Shown: positions 48,866-58,600 of the stretch, in pieces | How the letters are laid out: every line of letters begins with the position of its first letter | Position numbering within the stretch: the first letter of the stretch is position 1 | DNA from: Candidatus Hydrogenedentales bacterium | GTDB lineage: Bacteria > Hydrogenedentota > Hydrogenedentia > Hydrogenedentales > GCA-2746185 | DNA: 64,000 nucleotides | Assembly: GCA_038916785.1 (NCBI GenBank) | Contig: JBCLBO010000001.1 | Span: forward strand, 1,676 to 65,675 | Direction: 5' to 3' | Translations under genes and position numbers: made by a program | Notes under the pieces: generated by a model | Seen by the model: the letters and a program-made list of their open reading frames with translations, nothing else | The model's database searches: none | Told to the model about the DNA's origin: nothing

Positions 48866-49819
48866 TCAGATCGTCTGCGCTTCGCCCGTAAGTTTCTTGT
48901 AGGTCAGGCGCTTTCCAACTACGCCGCGAAGCGTGCCCTTGAACCGCTCGGAATCCGAGAGATCGCGATTGTTGTAGCGGTAGCTCTGTTCATCCAGGTA
49001 GCGAAACAGATGGAACGGCTCAACGCTGATATACGTACCTTTCAATCCGCGCTTGAGCAAGCTCCAAAAGTTTTCCATCGTGTTCGTGTGAATCTTTCCG
49101 TTGACGTAGGCTTTCGCATGGTCGATGGTCTTGTGAATGTATTCATCCCGCAGCGATTCATAGCTCGGTAGCGCATCCGTGTAGATCGTTGATCCGGCCT
49201 CGACATATTTGCGAACGCGCGGGTCAAGGTTCTTGCGTTGGATATTTTGGATTACTTCGGTGCGGACTTCTCCGGCGCGCTCGACAACGCCCATGACAAC
49301 AATCTTGCCAAATGAGCCGGTGTTCTTGCTCTTGCCCTTCTTGAACTTCGCAGCACGGCGCTTGGGGGACATGAACCGGGCCTTGCCGCCAATCAAGGTT
49401 TCGTCTACTTCCACTTCGCCGGAGAGTTTCGTAAACGTGCCGGTCTGCATCGCAAGGCGAATCCGATGGAGCATGAACCATGCTGACTTCTGAGTGATAC
49501 CCAAGTCCCGCGCCATTTCGTAAGAGCTAACCCCGTTACGGCAGTTGGAAATCATCCAGAATGCGACCATCCACTTATCAAGGCCGACGTGCGAATCCTC
49601 GAAGATCGTACCGTGGCGGACTGTAAACTGCTTCCGGCAGACCTTGCACTGGAACTTGGAGCGGGACTTGATGAACCCGATCTCGGTGGAGCCACAGTCA
49701 ACGCAGACCGGGCCATCGGGCCAGCGAAGGTCTACGATGTAATCATGGGTCACTTCGGGGTTTGAAAAGAACAGGATTGCGTCCCTAAGTGTCTTTGGCT
49801 CCGTGCCTTGCGTGTCCAT
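48866..49819 (-). CDS. IS1595-family transposase (zinc-ribbon + DDE)
   Basis: N-terminal zinc ribbon CVDCGSTEIGFIKSRSKFQCKVCRKQFTVRHGTIFEDS, HTH-like GVSSYEMARDLGITQKSAWFMLHRIR, and DDE region EVDETLIGG...YTDALPSYESL...ENFWSLLKRGLKGTY. Confidence 0.9.
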   Translation of the reverse strand: MDTQGTEPKTLRDAILFFSNPEVTHDYIVDLRWPDGPVCVDCGSTEIGFIKSRSKFQCKVCRKQFTVRHGTIFEDSHVGLDKWMVAFWMISNCRNGVSSYEMARDLGITQKSAWFMLHRIRLAMQTGTFTKLSGEVEVDETLIGGKARFMSPKRRAAKFKKGKSKNTGSFGKIVVMGVVERAGEVRTEVIQNIQRKNLDPRVRKYVEAGSTIYTDALPSYESLRDEYIHKTIDHAKAYVNGKIHTNTMENFWSLLKRGLKGTYISVEPFHLFRYLDEQSYRYNNRDLSDSERFKGTLRGVVGKRLTYKKLTGEAQTI

Positions 49820-50164
49820 TTGGCTAGCTCCTAGTCTTGAACTAGCCCCATTCTATCAGATAATTTATGATGTGTCAAGTATATTATCGCCCTTGTTCCG
49901 CGCCGCGCCAGTTCGGAGTTCCGCGTTCACGCGGCCGCTCTTCGCCGGAATGCCGCCTAAAGGCCGAACTCCGAACGCCGCGCGGCGGCTTCCCGCCGCC
50001 GACCCCTTGTTCCGCACCCGCCAAATACCCTGATTCCCCGACTTCGTCCACTGTGTCCACTGCGTCCACTTCGCCAAAAGCAGTGCAACAATCCGAACGT
50101 ATAGATAAGGACACTGAGGGAAACTGGAGGGAATTACCGCCGCAGGCACGCCACGATGAGAAAT

Positions 50165-51019
50165 CTACTCAAAGTCCAGACTACTCCGCTTCGGCGGCTC
50201 CGGTGCACCGGGGATCGGTTCGGAAAATTGCCGCACCAGTCCCTCCAGCGCGCCAAAGCGCACGAGGCGGAATCGCTCCGCGTATCGGTCCTCGCCGAGT
50301 TGATACAGCGAAGCCGTCTCCCGCGCCTGCTCCTTGAGGAAACGATCGAGCACCGGGCGCACGCCGTTCTTCATCGCGTCCTCCACGAGTTGCATCCGGC
50401 GGCCATAGGTCTCCAGGTGCATGCGGAATTGGTTCATCGCATTGCGCATCGCCGTCTGGTGCGCGGCAAGCGCGTCGATCTTCTTCTCGATGAACTCGGT
50501 GACGTCTTCGGCGTGGTTGGCGTGCGGCAGCGTCCGCCCGTAATACCACTTCTCACAGACCGCGTGCGGCTTGAGCCCGACCTCGATGTGTTCCGGGTGG
50601 TGCAGATCGAATTGCGCCACCCAGAAAGCCTCGGCGACCGCCCGCGCGACCACGATGTGGTCCATGTTGTCCTCGCCGACGCCGTCCGGGTCGAAGCTGA
50701 ACACCGCGTAAGGACGGTATTTGCGGATCAGAAACACCATCCGCTTGCGCATCTCGACATGCGAGAACTTCGACAGCGTGTCCGTCTGGTAATCGAGCTC
50801 CACGATCTCGGCCACGCCCAGGACCTTCGCCGCGGCGCGCAGCTCGTGATAATTGCGGATCGTCGACTCCGCCAGCTCAAGCCCGACCGAGTCCGTCGCG
50901 TCATCCGTCACGCGCACAACCACGACGCGCCAGCCTTCCGCCGCGAACTTCGCAATCGTCCCGCCGCAGAACGCTGTCGCGTCATCCGCATGAGGACTAA
51001 TCACCAAAGCCGTATGCAC
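50165..51019 (-). CDS. PIG-L/LmbE-family deacetylase
   Basis: LVISPHADDATAFCGGTIAKFAAEGWRVVVVRVTDD is the PIG-L zinc-binding signature. GTG start. Confidence 0.85.
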   Translation of the reverse strand: MHTALVISPHADDATAFCGGTIAKFAAEGWRVVVVRVTDDATDSVGLELAESTIRNYHELRAAAKVLGVAEIVELDYQTDTLSKFSHVEMRKRMVFLIRKYRPYAVFSFDPDGVGEDNMDHIVVARAVAEAFWVAQFDLHHPEHIEVGLKPHAVCEKWYYGRTLPHANHAEDVTEFIEKKIDALAAHQTAMRNAMNQFRMHLETYGRRMQLVEDAMKNGVRPVLDRFLKEQARETASLYQLGEDRYAERFRLVRFGALEGLVRQFSEPIPGAPEPPKRSSLDFE

Positions 51020-51254
51020 GGTTCGTCCCCCTCTACGAGGAGCATAACGGCGGAGGATGATTCAGACAAGATCACCACACCAGTGAAAGAGCGGTTAGAC
51101 AGGATTTACACGATTTACGAGATGAACGAATCTTAAAGATACCGTCCGACACCGCATTCAGCCCATGACCAAAATGCGCGCCGGCGCCATGCGTTTGCAC
51201 GGGGCTATTGTAGGAACCTATAGTCGGCCCGTCTACGAAGCTGCGGAGGCGCAA

Positions 51255-51728
51255 ATGGGCGTGAGGCGGGAACGATCCCCCATCGCCGCGCTGGTCGAGT
51301 CCAGCGGCACGGACCAGATCATTGAAAAGGCCACGCGTCTCTTCGCCGAACACGGCTATCACGGCGTAACGACGCGGCATATCGCGGTCGCGACAGGACT
51401 GAACGCCGCGACCATACAGCGCCACGTCGGCACGAAGCGCCACCTGTACCGAACGGTGGTCGAGCGGCTATACCGCGAGGATCGCGCCCTCATCGAGGCC
51501 TGGCCGGCCCGGCTGCCGTCTGTGATGGTCGACAACGTGGCCGGCGCGCGCGATGTAGTCAGGCGTCTACTCGATCGAGTTTTTCAGCGCATCGTCGCCG
51601 GCCCCATGTCGGAGACGCAATTCCGGACGAATCCAATGGCTCCCGACAACCTTGCGCGTATCCGGTTGTTTGTCCTTGAGTATCTGTTCCGGATGCTAGG
51701 ATTGGAGTCGGAGAGCAACGCTAAGTAG
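51255..51728 (+). CDS. TetR/AcrR-family transcriptional regulator
   Basis: HTH sequence IIEKATRLFAEHGYHGVTTRHIAVATGLNAATIQRHVGTKRHLY. ATG at 51255 has GGAGG 6 nt upstream; the ORF track starts at 51165. Confidence 0.85.
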   Translation: MGVRRERSPIAALVESSGTDQIIEKATRLFAEHGYHGVTTRHIAVATGLNAATIQRHVGTKRHLYRTVVERLYREDRALIEAWPARLPSVMVDNVAGARDVVRRLLDRVFQRIVAGPMSETQFRTNPMAPDNLARIRLFVLEYLFRMLGLESESNAK

Positions 51729-51783
51729 ATCATGGGCGCGTTGGATTTAGAACTGGGCTCGGTGATCCCGGAGCAAGGGACGA

Positions 51784-52389
51784 TCAAGGACCTTCTCTTC
51801 GACGCGCGGCATACAGGCCAAAATCCGCCACCGTCTTCCCCAACGCGAACAACACCGCCGCGCTGCGCGCCGGGAGATCGGCGGAAAGCAGCGCCGCCGC
51901 AAGGATGATCGGCGCCTGCACCGGCAGCACACGCGCATACGGCAACAGCATCGCCTGCATCGACGACACCAGCGCCGCCTCACGCCGCAAAAAGTCCACG
52001 CGGAACGCAACCACATGCGCGACGATAAGCGCCAACGCCGGAATCCAAACCACCAGCCAGAAAATCGGTTCGACAGTCCAACGGCTACCCAGGATCGACG
52101 ACATAATCGCGCCATACGCGACACAGGCCGTACCGTAGTGCGCGACGAAAAAAATGCCCTGGTACCCGCGCGACTTCCCCAACGCGCCCGGACGCCGCGC
52201 GAAGCGTATCTGGAATAGCGCGACGACGCCGACTGCGGCCAATTCAATCCAGTACAGGCGAAACAACTCGCCCAAGCCCCACCCTGCGGCGCCCGCGGTG
52301 GCCAGCGCGATAAGATTCGCAAGGAGGATCGCGATCAGAGGAAGAGTTGATGCGATCGTCATTCGGTGCACTTCCGATCCTGCCGTCAA
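51784..52389 (-). CDS. Hypothetical polytopic membrane protein
   Basis: 201 aa with about 5-6 hydrophobic helices. No confident family. The start is uncertain. Confidence 0.5.
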   Translation of the reverse strand: MTAGSEVHRMTIASTLPLIAILLANLIALATAGAAGWGLGELFRLYWIELAAVGVVALFQIRFARRPGALGKSRGYQGIFFVAHYGTACVAYGAIMSSILGSRWTVEPIFWLVVWIPALALIVAHVVAFRVDFLRREAALVSSMQAMLLPYARVLPVQAPIILAAALLSADLPARSAAVLFALGKTVADFGLYAARRREGP

Positions 52390-52481
52390 TTTCTTGAAGC
52401 TCTACGGTATCAAAACGTACTCTCGTGGCTCCCGCGGGGCGTTCCGGGGCGTTCGCAGGCGCGGCGGAGGGCGAGCAAGCA

Positions 52482-53375
52482 ATGAAGTTTAAGCTGGGGG
52501 GCATCCTGCCCGCGATTCTGACCCCGTTCAAGCGCGGCGGCAACGAGATCGATTTCGACAAGGCCGCCGCATGGGCCGAAGAGCTGGCCCGCGCTGGCGT
52601 CCACGGCATCTTCATGGCCGGCTCGAGCGGCGAGGGTCTGCTCATGTCAATCGAAGAGCGCAAGCAACTCGCCTGCGTGCTCATGGACGCCGTCGGCCGC
52701 CAGATCAAACTCGTCGTGCAGACCGGATGCCTCGACGTGCTCCGCACCATCGATCTCACCCGGCACGCCCTCGAGATCGGCGCGCACGCGGCCAGCGTCT
52801 ACACGCCCGGCTTCTATCGGTACGACGACGACGCGCTCTACGGCCACTTCGCGCTCGTCGCCAAGGCCGTCCCCGAAATGCCCCTGCTCCTCTACAACAT
52901 CCCGCGCTACACCGGGAACTCCCTCTCGCCGCAGGTGATATTCCGCCTCGCCAACGATTTCAAATCCATCGTCGGCATGAAAGACAGCAGCGGCGACATC
53001 GGCCACCTCAGCCGCGTAATCGCCGGCGCGCCGAAGGGGTTCATCGTCATCAACGGCGCCGACGAATTTTGCTACCAGGCCTACCTGACCGGCGCCGCGG
53101 GATCCGTGGCGCTCACAGCAAACGTCGTGCCGGGCCTCTTCCTCTCCATCTATGAGGACGTGAAAAAAGGCAAACTCGATCAGGCCCTCTCAACGCAGCA
53201 GCGTCTGAACGACATCATCGAAGTCCTCGGCGGCGGTGCGAAAATCTCGACCTACAAAGAGGCCGTGCGCCTGCTCGGACACGACACCGGCCACGTCCGC
53301 CCGCCGCAACGCGAACTCCGCGCAGACGAGAAGCGCGCGCTACGCCTGGCGATGAAGCGAATTGGGCTGCTCTAA
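52482..53375 (+). CDS. Dihydrodipicolinate synthase/N-acetylneuraminate lyase family (DapA-like) protein
   Basis: ILPAILTPF, GIFMAGSSGEG, LYNIPRYTG and the Schiff-base Lys context VGMKDSSGD. ATG at 52482. Confidence 0.88.
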   Translation: MKFKLGGILPAILTPFKRGGNEIDFDKAAAWAEELARAGVHGIFMAGSSGEGLLMSIEERKQLACVLMDAVGRQIKLVVQTGCLDVLRTIDLTRHALEIGAHAASVYTPGFYRYDDDALYGHFALVAKAVPEMPLLLYNIPRYTGNSLSPQVIFRLANDFKSIVGMKDSSGDIGHLSRVIAGAPKGFIVINGADEFCYQAYLTGAAGSVALTANVVPGLFLSIYEDVKKGKLDQALSTQQRLNDIIEVLGGGAKISTYKEAVRLLGHDTGHVRPPQRELRADEKRALRLAMKRIGLL

Positions 53376-53527
53376 CTACAACTTCCGCCCGCCTTGCGGA
53401 CGGCCGGCCCAGTGCACCAGAATAGGCTAGAACTCCGCGGACGCTACGGTCTGCGTGACGCCCATCTCACGCCGCGCAAGGGGGATCGATTACCGCCTAC
53501 GACAGCATACGCCGTCTCGTCGAGCAC

Positions 53528-55552
53528 GTGCTCGCGCTCGACGACGAAGGGCTCGCCACGCTCGGAATCCAGGACGCGGCCCTTTGCCAGGTCTGGTGGG
53601 CAAACGGCGGCGCCGGCAATGATCCACCCGCCGGCATCGACACCCTGGCCGCGCGCATTCAGCGCTGGCTGGCGCTGGCCGATCGCCCGGAGCGAAAGTC
53701 CGAGGGCCGCCGCAGTCAGACGGTCCTGCGCGAACTGATCGATCGCCTCGAAGCCGGCGAGGTGGACAAGATGGCCCGCGATGAACTCGACCTGCTCGAG
53801 GCCGTCTACGGACTCTCCCAAGCCGCACAGAACCCCGAAACCTTCGCGCGCGTTCGCCGCGCTATCGCGCGGCGCCGCGCGCGCATCGCTGCGCGCCGCG
53901 CAAGCTCGCACGCCGTCATCGGCATGCCCGCGCTCACCGCCCGGTTCCTCGTCGTACGCGCGAGCGACATCCTGGTTGCGCCCCCGCGCGAAGTGCGCGT
54001 CATTGCCGGCGTCGAGCTGCCCTCGCGCGGCCCGGTCATGGTGCACAACGGCCACGTCCGCGTGCTCGGCGATGTCCCCCAAGGCACGACGCTTGTCGTC
54101 GAGGACGGCGCCTGCGTCGTCGACGGCTACGTCATCGGTAGGGTCGCCGTAAGCGGGAATTGCGAAGTCTTGGAAAATGTGTCAGGCGTCGTCATCAGTC
54201 GAAACGGCGACGTCCGGGCGAGAAACATTGTCGACGGCGCCTTCGTCGTCGCCAAGCGCGGCTGGGTCCATTGCAAGCGCGCCGCCGGCGCAAAACTCGT
54301 GTTCGCCGGGAACACCATTCGCGTCGCGGAGCGGTGTTCCCGCAGCCGGTTCTTCGCGCCTACGGTAAGCGTCGGCGGAAGTGTCGAGGCTGGAGAGCTT
54401 CACGTGTCCCGGCGAATAGAGGCGTCCGTATTTCGGAGCGCGCCCGACACGGCGCTTACGGTTGTGTTTCGCCGCAGCCTGTCATGCAAAGACTACGGCG
54501 AAGATCCCGGAGCGGTTATGACGACGAAACTCACGCGGGCCCTGCGATGCCGCGCGGAATTAGAGCGGGTGCGCCAGCGACTGAGCCTCGCGATCGGCGA
54601 GGCCGAGAATGCCGCGGAGACCGTGCTCACGTATGTCCTGGCCGGGGTCGTTGGCCAGGTCTCGGGGGAAGTGATGGCCGCGCAGCGCCGGCTCGATGTG
54701 CTCAATCGGGTGCTCATCGGCCTGCGCACGCTGTACGCCGTCGCGGAGACGAAGGTGGACACGGGGGAGGGCGACGAACTGGTTGCGGAGGACTCCGCGT
54801 CCGAGGGCGAGTTCCTCGATCAGTTGGATTCCGAAATCAATCAGATGATGTCGGAACAACCCGCCGATGCCTCGCTGAAAACGTCGTACGACGATGTGGT
54901 CCAGTCGCGCCAGCGCATGCGAAACACAGCCGGCAACCGACGGTTGATACGTGCGGCGCTGTCCGACATCTCCGAGAAACTCGCGCGTTGGCGCGATGAA
55001 TTCGAGCAACTGAAAAGAGACGTGCGAGAGGGGCGGGCAAAAATTCGCCAGTCCATGCAGGCCGCGGGTTTCTTCCAGGACCCCGGCGAAGCGCACTCCC
55101 GCGTCCTCGCGTTGCAGCGCCTGATCCAACGCGCCGCCACGCACGATCAGAACGACGGAATTCGCAAGCGGCTCGATGCGCCCTTCGCCACACTCCTCCT
55201 GCGGACGATCGAAAAGCGCCTCGCGGTCAGCCGAAAATACAAGGACGACGCGGCCCGCCTTCAGAAGCAGTTCGACGAGCTCCGGGATTACGTCTGGACC
55301 AACTTCCAGTTGCGAATCGACTCGGGCGACTCCTCCGACCGACGCATCGTCATGGAGGGGCGGTTCGAGACGAGTGTGCGGATGCTCTCCGATCCGGACT
55401 TTCTCTCGCTGCCGCCCGGCGAGGTGCCGCGCGGCGGCGCGCGCCTGGCCATCCCCTCGGGCGACCAGCGCGCGCGCTACGTCTGCGTCGACGGCCAGAT
55501 CGCCGAGGAGATCATCGAAGAGCCGGTCGAACCCGCATTGGCGGCGCTCTGA
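53528..55552 (+). CDS. Large beta-helix + coiled-coil protein, FapA/DUF342-like
   Basis: The central region has a repetitive G/V pattern (VLGDVPQGTTLVVEDGACVVDGYVIGRVAVSGNCEVLENVSGVVISRNGDVRARNIVDG...). A long helical region follows, then a C-terminal short beta segment. The family assignment is tentative. GTG start. Confidence 0.5.
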   Translation: MLALDDEGLATLGIQDAALCQVWWANGGAGNDPPAGIDTLAARIQRWLALADRPERKSEGRRSQTVLRELIDRLEAGEVDKMARDELDLLEAVYGLSQAAQNPETFARVRRAIARRRARIAARRASSHAVIGMPALTARFLVVRASDILVAPPREVRVIAGVELPSRGPVMVHNGHVRVLGDVPQGTTLVVEDGACVVDGYVIGRVAVSGNCEVLENVSGVVISRNGDVRARNIVDGAFVVAKRGWVHCKRAAGAKLVFAGNTIRVAERCSRSRFFAPTVSVGGSVEAGELHVSRRIEASVFRSAPDTALTVVFRRSLSCKDYGEDPGAVMTTKLTRALRCRAELERVRQRLSLAIGEAENAAETVLTYVLAGVVGQVSGEVMAAQRRLDVLNRVLIGLRTLYAVAETKVDTGEGDELVAEDSASEGEFLDQLDSEINQMMSEQPADASLKTSYDDVVQSRQRMRNTAGNRRLIRAALSDISEKLARWRDEFEQLKRDVREGRAKIRQSMQAAGFFQDPGEAHSRVLALQRLIQRAATHDQNDGIRKRLDAPFATLLLRTIEKRLAVSRKYKDDAARLQKQFDELRDYVWTNFQLRIDSGDSSDRRIVMEGRFETSVRMLSDPDFLSLPPGEVPRGGARLAIPSGDQRARYVCVDGQIAEEIIEEPVEPALAAL

Positions 55553-55640
55553 GTCCTCAGACGCGGTCCCGCTTGGAATTGGGGAACTTTCACCCGTAAA
55601 ATCGGGTTTTCTCTTAATCGGAAGATGGGATCGACAATCA

Positions 55641-58600
55641 ATGAAGCCGAAAATTTCATGGGCGAGAATCGGAATCGTCGCGGCCGCCGCCGGCGCAGCC
55701 GCGCTCGCGGCCAGCCTCGCCACGCTCGAGCGCGCAGACGCGCACACTCGCATCACCACCGGCGTCACGTGGAGCGAGTACATCCGCCCCATCTTCATCC
55801 AGAAGTGCATGCCCTGCCACCATCCCGGAGGACTCGCGCCGGACTACGTCAACCTGACCACCTACGGCACCGACACCGTGCCTGGCGCGCGCGCATGGGC
55901 CGCGCAGATCGAAGACGAGATCATGCTCGGCCGCATGCCCCCGTGGAACGCGGACGAGCGCTTCGGAAATTTCTCCAACTCGCGCAGCCTGACCAAGGAC
56001 GAAAAAGACCTCGTCATATCCTGGATTCGAGGCGGCGGCCCACAGGGACCCTTGCGCAATCTGCCGCCGCCCGAAGAATTCGCCCGTCCCGAATGGACCT
56101 TCGGCCAACCGGACGTCGTCGTCGGGCTCCCGCAGGGCCACGTCGTCCCCGCGGACCAGCGATTCGATGCCGCCGAGGCCACCCTCGCCGTGCCGATCGA
56201 GCAGGACACCTTCATCACCGGTTACGAATTCCTCGCCGGCGATCCACAAAATGTCTCGCGCGTCACCGCCTGGCTCCACGACCCCGATGGCTTCGATCCG
56301 CAGCCCATCGAGATGGAAGTCACCTCCGGGTACGACCCCTACGCGCCCGTTACCGAGCGCGAGAAGACCCACCTGCGCCCGATGCCCCGCGGACCGCACT
56401 TCCTGGGCCAGTGGGTCAAAGGCGACGGCCCGGTGCTCTTTCCGGAGACCGCAGGCCGAAAGCTTTACGCCGGCTCGAGTATCCAGCTCCGCGTCGAATT
56501 CGTCCGCCCCGACGGGGCCGATTGGACCAAGGAAATCCGCGATAACACCCGCCTCGGGCTCTTCCTAGGCGCGCCGAACGAAGAATTCGATCTGCTCGTC
56601 GAATCCAGACTTATCGAGTCCAATCCGTTTACCGTGCTTGCAGGCGCGAAGGAACAGCACCGGATCGAATACACCCTGGAGGAAAACGTACATCTGCTCG
56701 GAATCGAGCCCCACCTCGGCCCCGTCGCCACTCAGATGAAAATCGAACTCTTCTATCCCGACGGCATGGCGCGCACAATCGTCTGGGTCTCGCATTACCA
56801 ACAGCGATGGGCCACCAGTTATCACTTCGCCGCGCCCGTCGCCGCCCCCAAGGGCACGCGCGTCGTCATTTCGGGGACCTTCGACAACACGAAGGACAAC
56901 GCCAACAATCCGAACGATCCCCCGGTGGACGTGAAGACCGGCCCCGGCTACCTCGATGAGCGTCTATACGCCTATTTGCACTACCAGCTCGACGACCACC
57001 TCAAATTGCAGCCGGTCGCCGTCACCAAAGTAGCGCCGGAGGGCGGCGGCATGCTCGGCGGACTCGGCGGAGACATTCTCACGGCCGCAGGCGCCGGCCG
57101 CAGCGTCCAGGAGACCACCGCACAGGTGGCCGAATCGCTCGAATCCTCCACCGCGCCCGAGCGCGTCCGCATCGCGTCGAATGGTTACCACCAGGTGCAA
57201 GGGATGATGCGCCGGCCGGGGGCCTTCTCCTTGTACGTATACGACGACCGCATGGAGCCGATCGATCCGCGAAACTTCGCGGGCGAGTTGCTGCTCGACG
57301 GCGGCGCGCGCACCGTGCCCCTCGCGCGCTACACGCCGGGCGACGATTTCCTCTCCGCCTGGTTGGACCCGAGTTTTCCGCAGTCCTTCGTAGCCAAACT
57401 TCAGATGGGTGGCGTCGAGGAAACGTTCGACTTCGCTTTCGCGGCCCCCTCGCCTGAAGTGACCGGCGCCGATCCTGGGACCAAAGCCGCATTCATCCAG
57501 CCGCCCCACGGCGGATGGCTCGAGAGCATCGAGGGCACGAGCTACCAGGTCGAAGCGGCCCTTCCGGACAACGGCGATCTACGGTTCTATTTTTACGGCC
57601 CCGGCATGAAACCTGTCGACCCGCGAAATTTCCGCGGCGAGATCGAGATTGTGCCGGACGCGCAACAATCCTCGATTAAATCCGTCATTCGCCTCGCTCA
57701 ACCCTCGCCGCGCGCGGAATATCTAGCGGCCAAGGTCTCGCCCGAACTTCCGCTGAAAGTCCGCGCATCGTTCGCCGTGGGCAATGGGCGCCGCGACTTT
57801 GAATTCGCGTTCGATGAGAAATCCGAAGCGCCCTGGGACGCCGCCGCGGACGCGTCCCCCGCGCAGCCGGTCATTCTCGGGCCGCACGGCAGTCCCGAAC
57901 TCTATCCCTCGGCCAACGGCTTCCATTTCATCGAGGCCGCGCTCCCGCGCCCCGGCGAATTGAGGCTTTACTTCTACGACGCGTGGAAAAATCCTGTGGA
58001 TCCTGGACTCTTCACCGGCGAAATCGAATTGAACGGCGTCAAGCAGCCGCTCGTGCGTCCAGTCCCGGGCGACGAATTCCTCGCCGCCTTCCACCCGCCG
58101 CAGACGCCGCTCGAGGTCAACGCGAGCCTGTGGATTGGCGGCAAGGAAGAAAAATTCAGGTTTCGGTTTAGCGACGTCACCCTCGATCCCGCCCAGCAGC
58201 GAGACATGGCGATCGCGCATATGAATCACACGCCACTCCACGGCGGGCAGTTCTTCATGGCGGACAACCTGTTCCACCACGTCGAAGGCACCCTGCCCGC
58301 CCCCGGCGAATTCCGGATGTACTTCTATGACGATTTCAGACGCCCCATCGACCCGAGAAATTTCTCCGGCTCCGCGCGCATCGAGCACCTCGACGAAAAC
58401 TCCGGTGACGTGACGGAGGAAATTTTCCCCCTCGAACTGCTCCGCCCCGGCGACGGATTTCTCACGGCCAAGATTCCCGCGTCCATGCCGGCCACCTTGT
58501 ACGCGTCCGCAACGCTCGGTGATGTCGACAAACGCTTCGACTTCCAATTCAACCAGGTGACCGTCGACACCGGCGGGCCCAAGCAGATGCCCGGTATGTC

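Larger units (their letters stand above)
47530..49891. mobile_element. IS1595-family element (~2.36 kb) carrying a toxin-antitoxin passenger module
   Basis: The left IR is GGTAATAACATACTTGACGCATCA (from 47530). The reverse complement of the right end is GGCGATAATATACTTGACACATCA (ending at 49891). About 20 of 24 positions match. The flanking direct repeat is CTTGTTCC at 47522-47529 and 49892-49899, extensible to a 10-bp identity CCTTGTTCCG. The interior looks lower in GC by eye. Confidence 0.85.

Noticed and set aside
55176-55640. N-terminal 155 codons of the 1270-aa ORF-track entry
   Set aside because: This part overlaps the 3' end of the 53528-55552 gene and is S/R/T/P-rich. A strong signal peptide begins at the ATG at 55641, so the CDS was trimmed.
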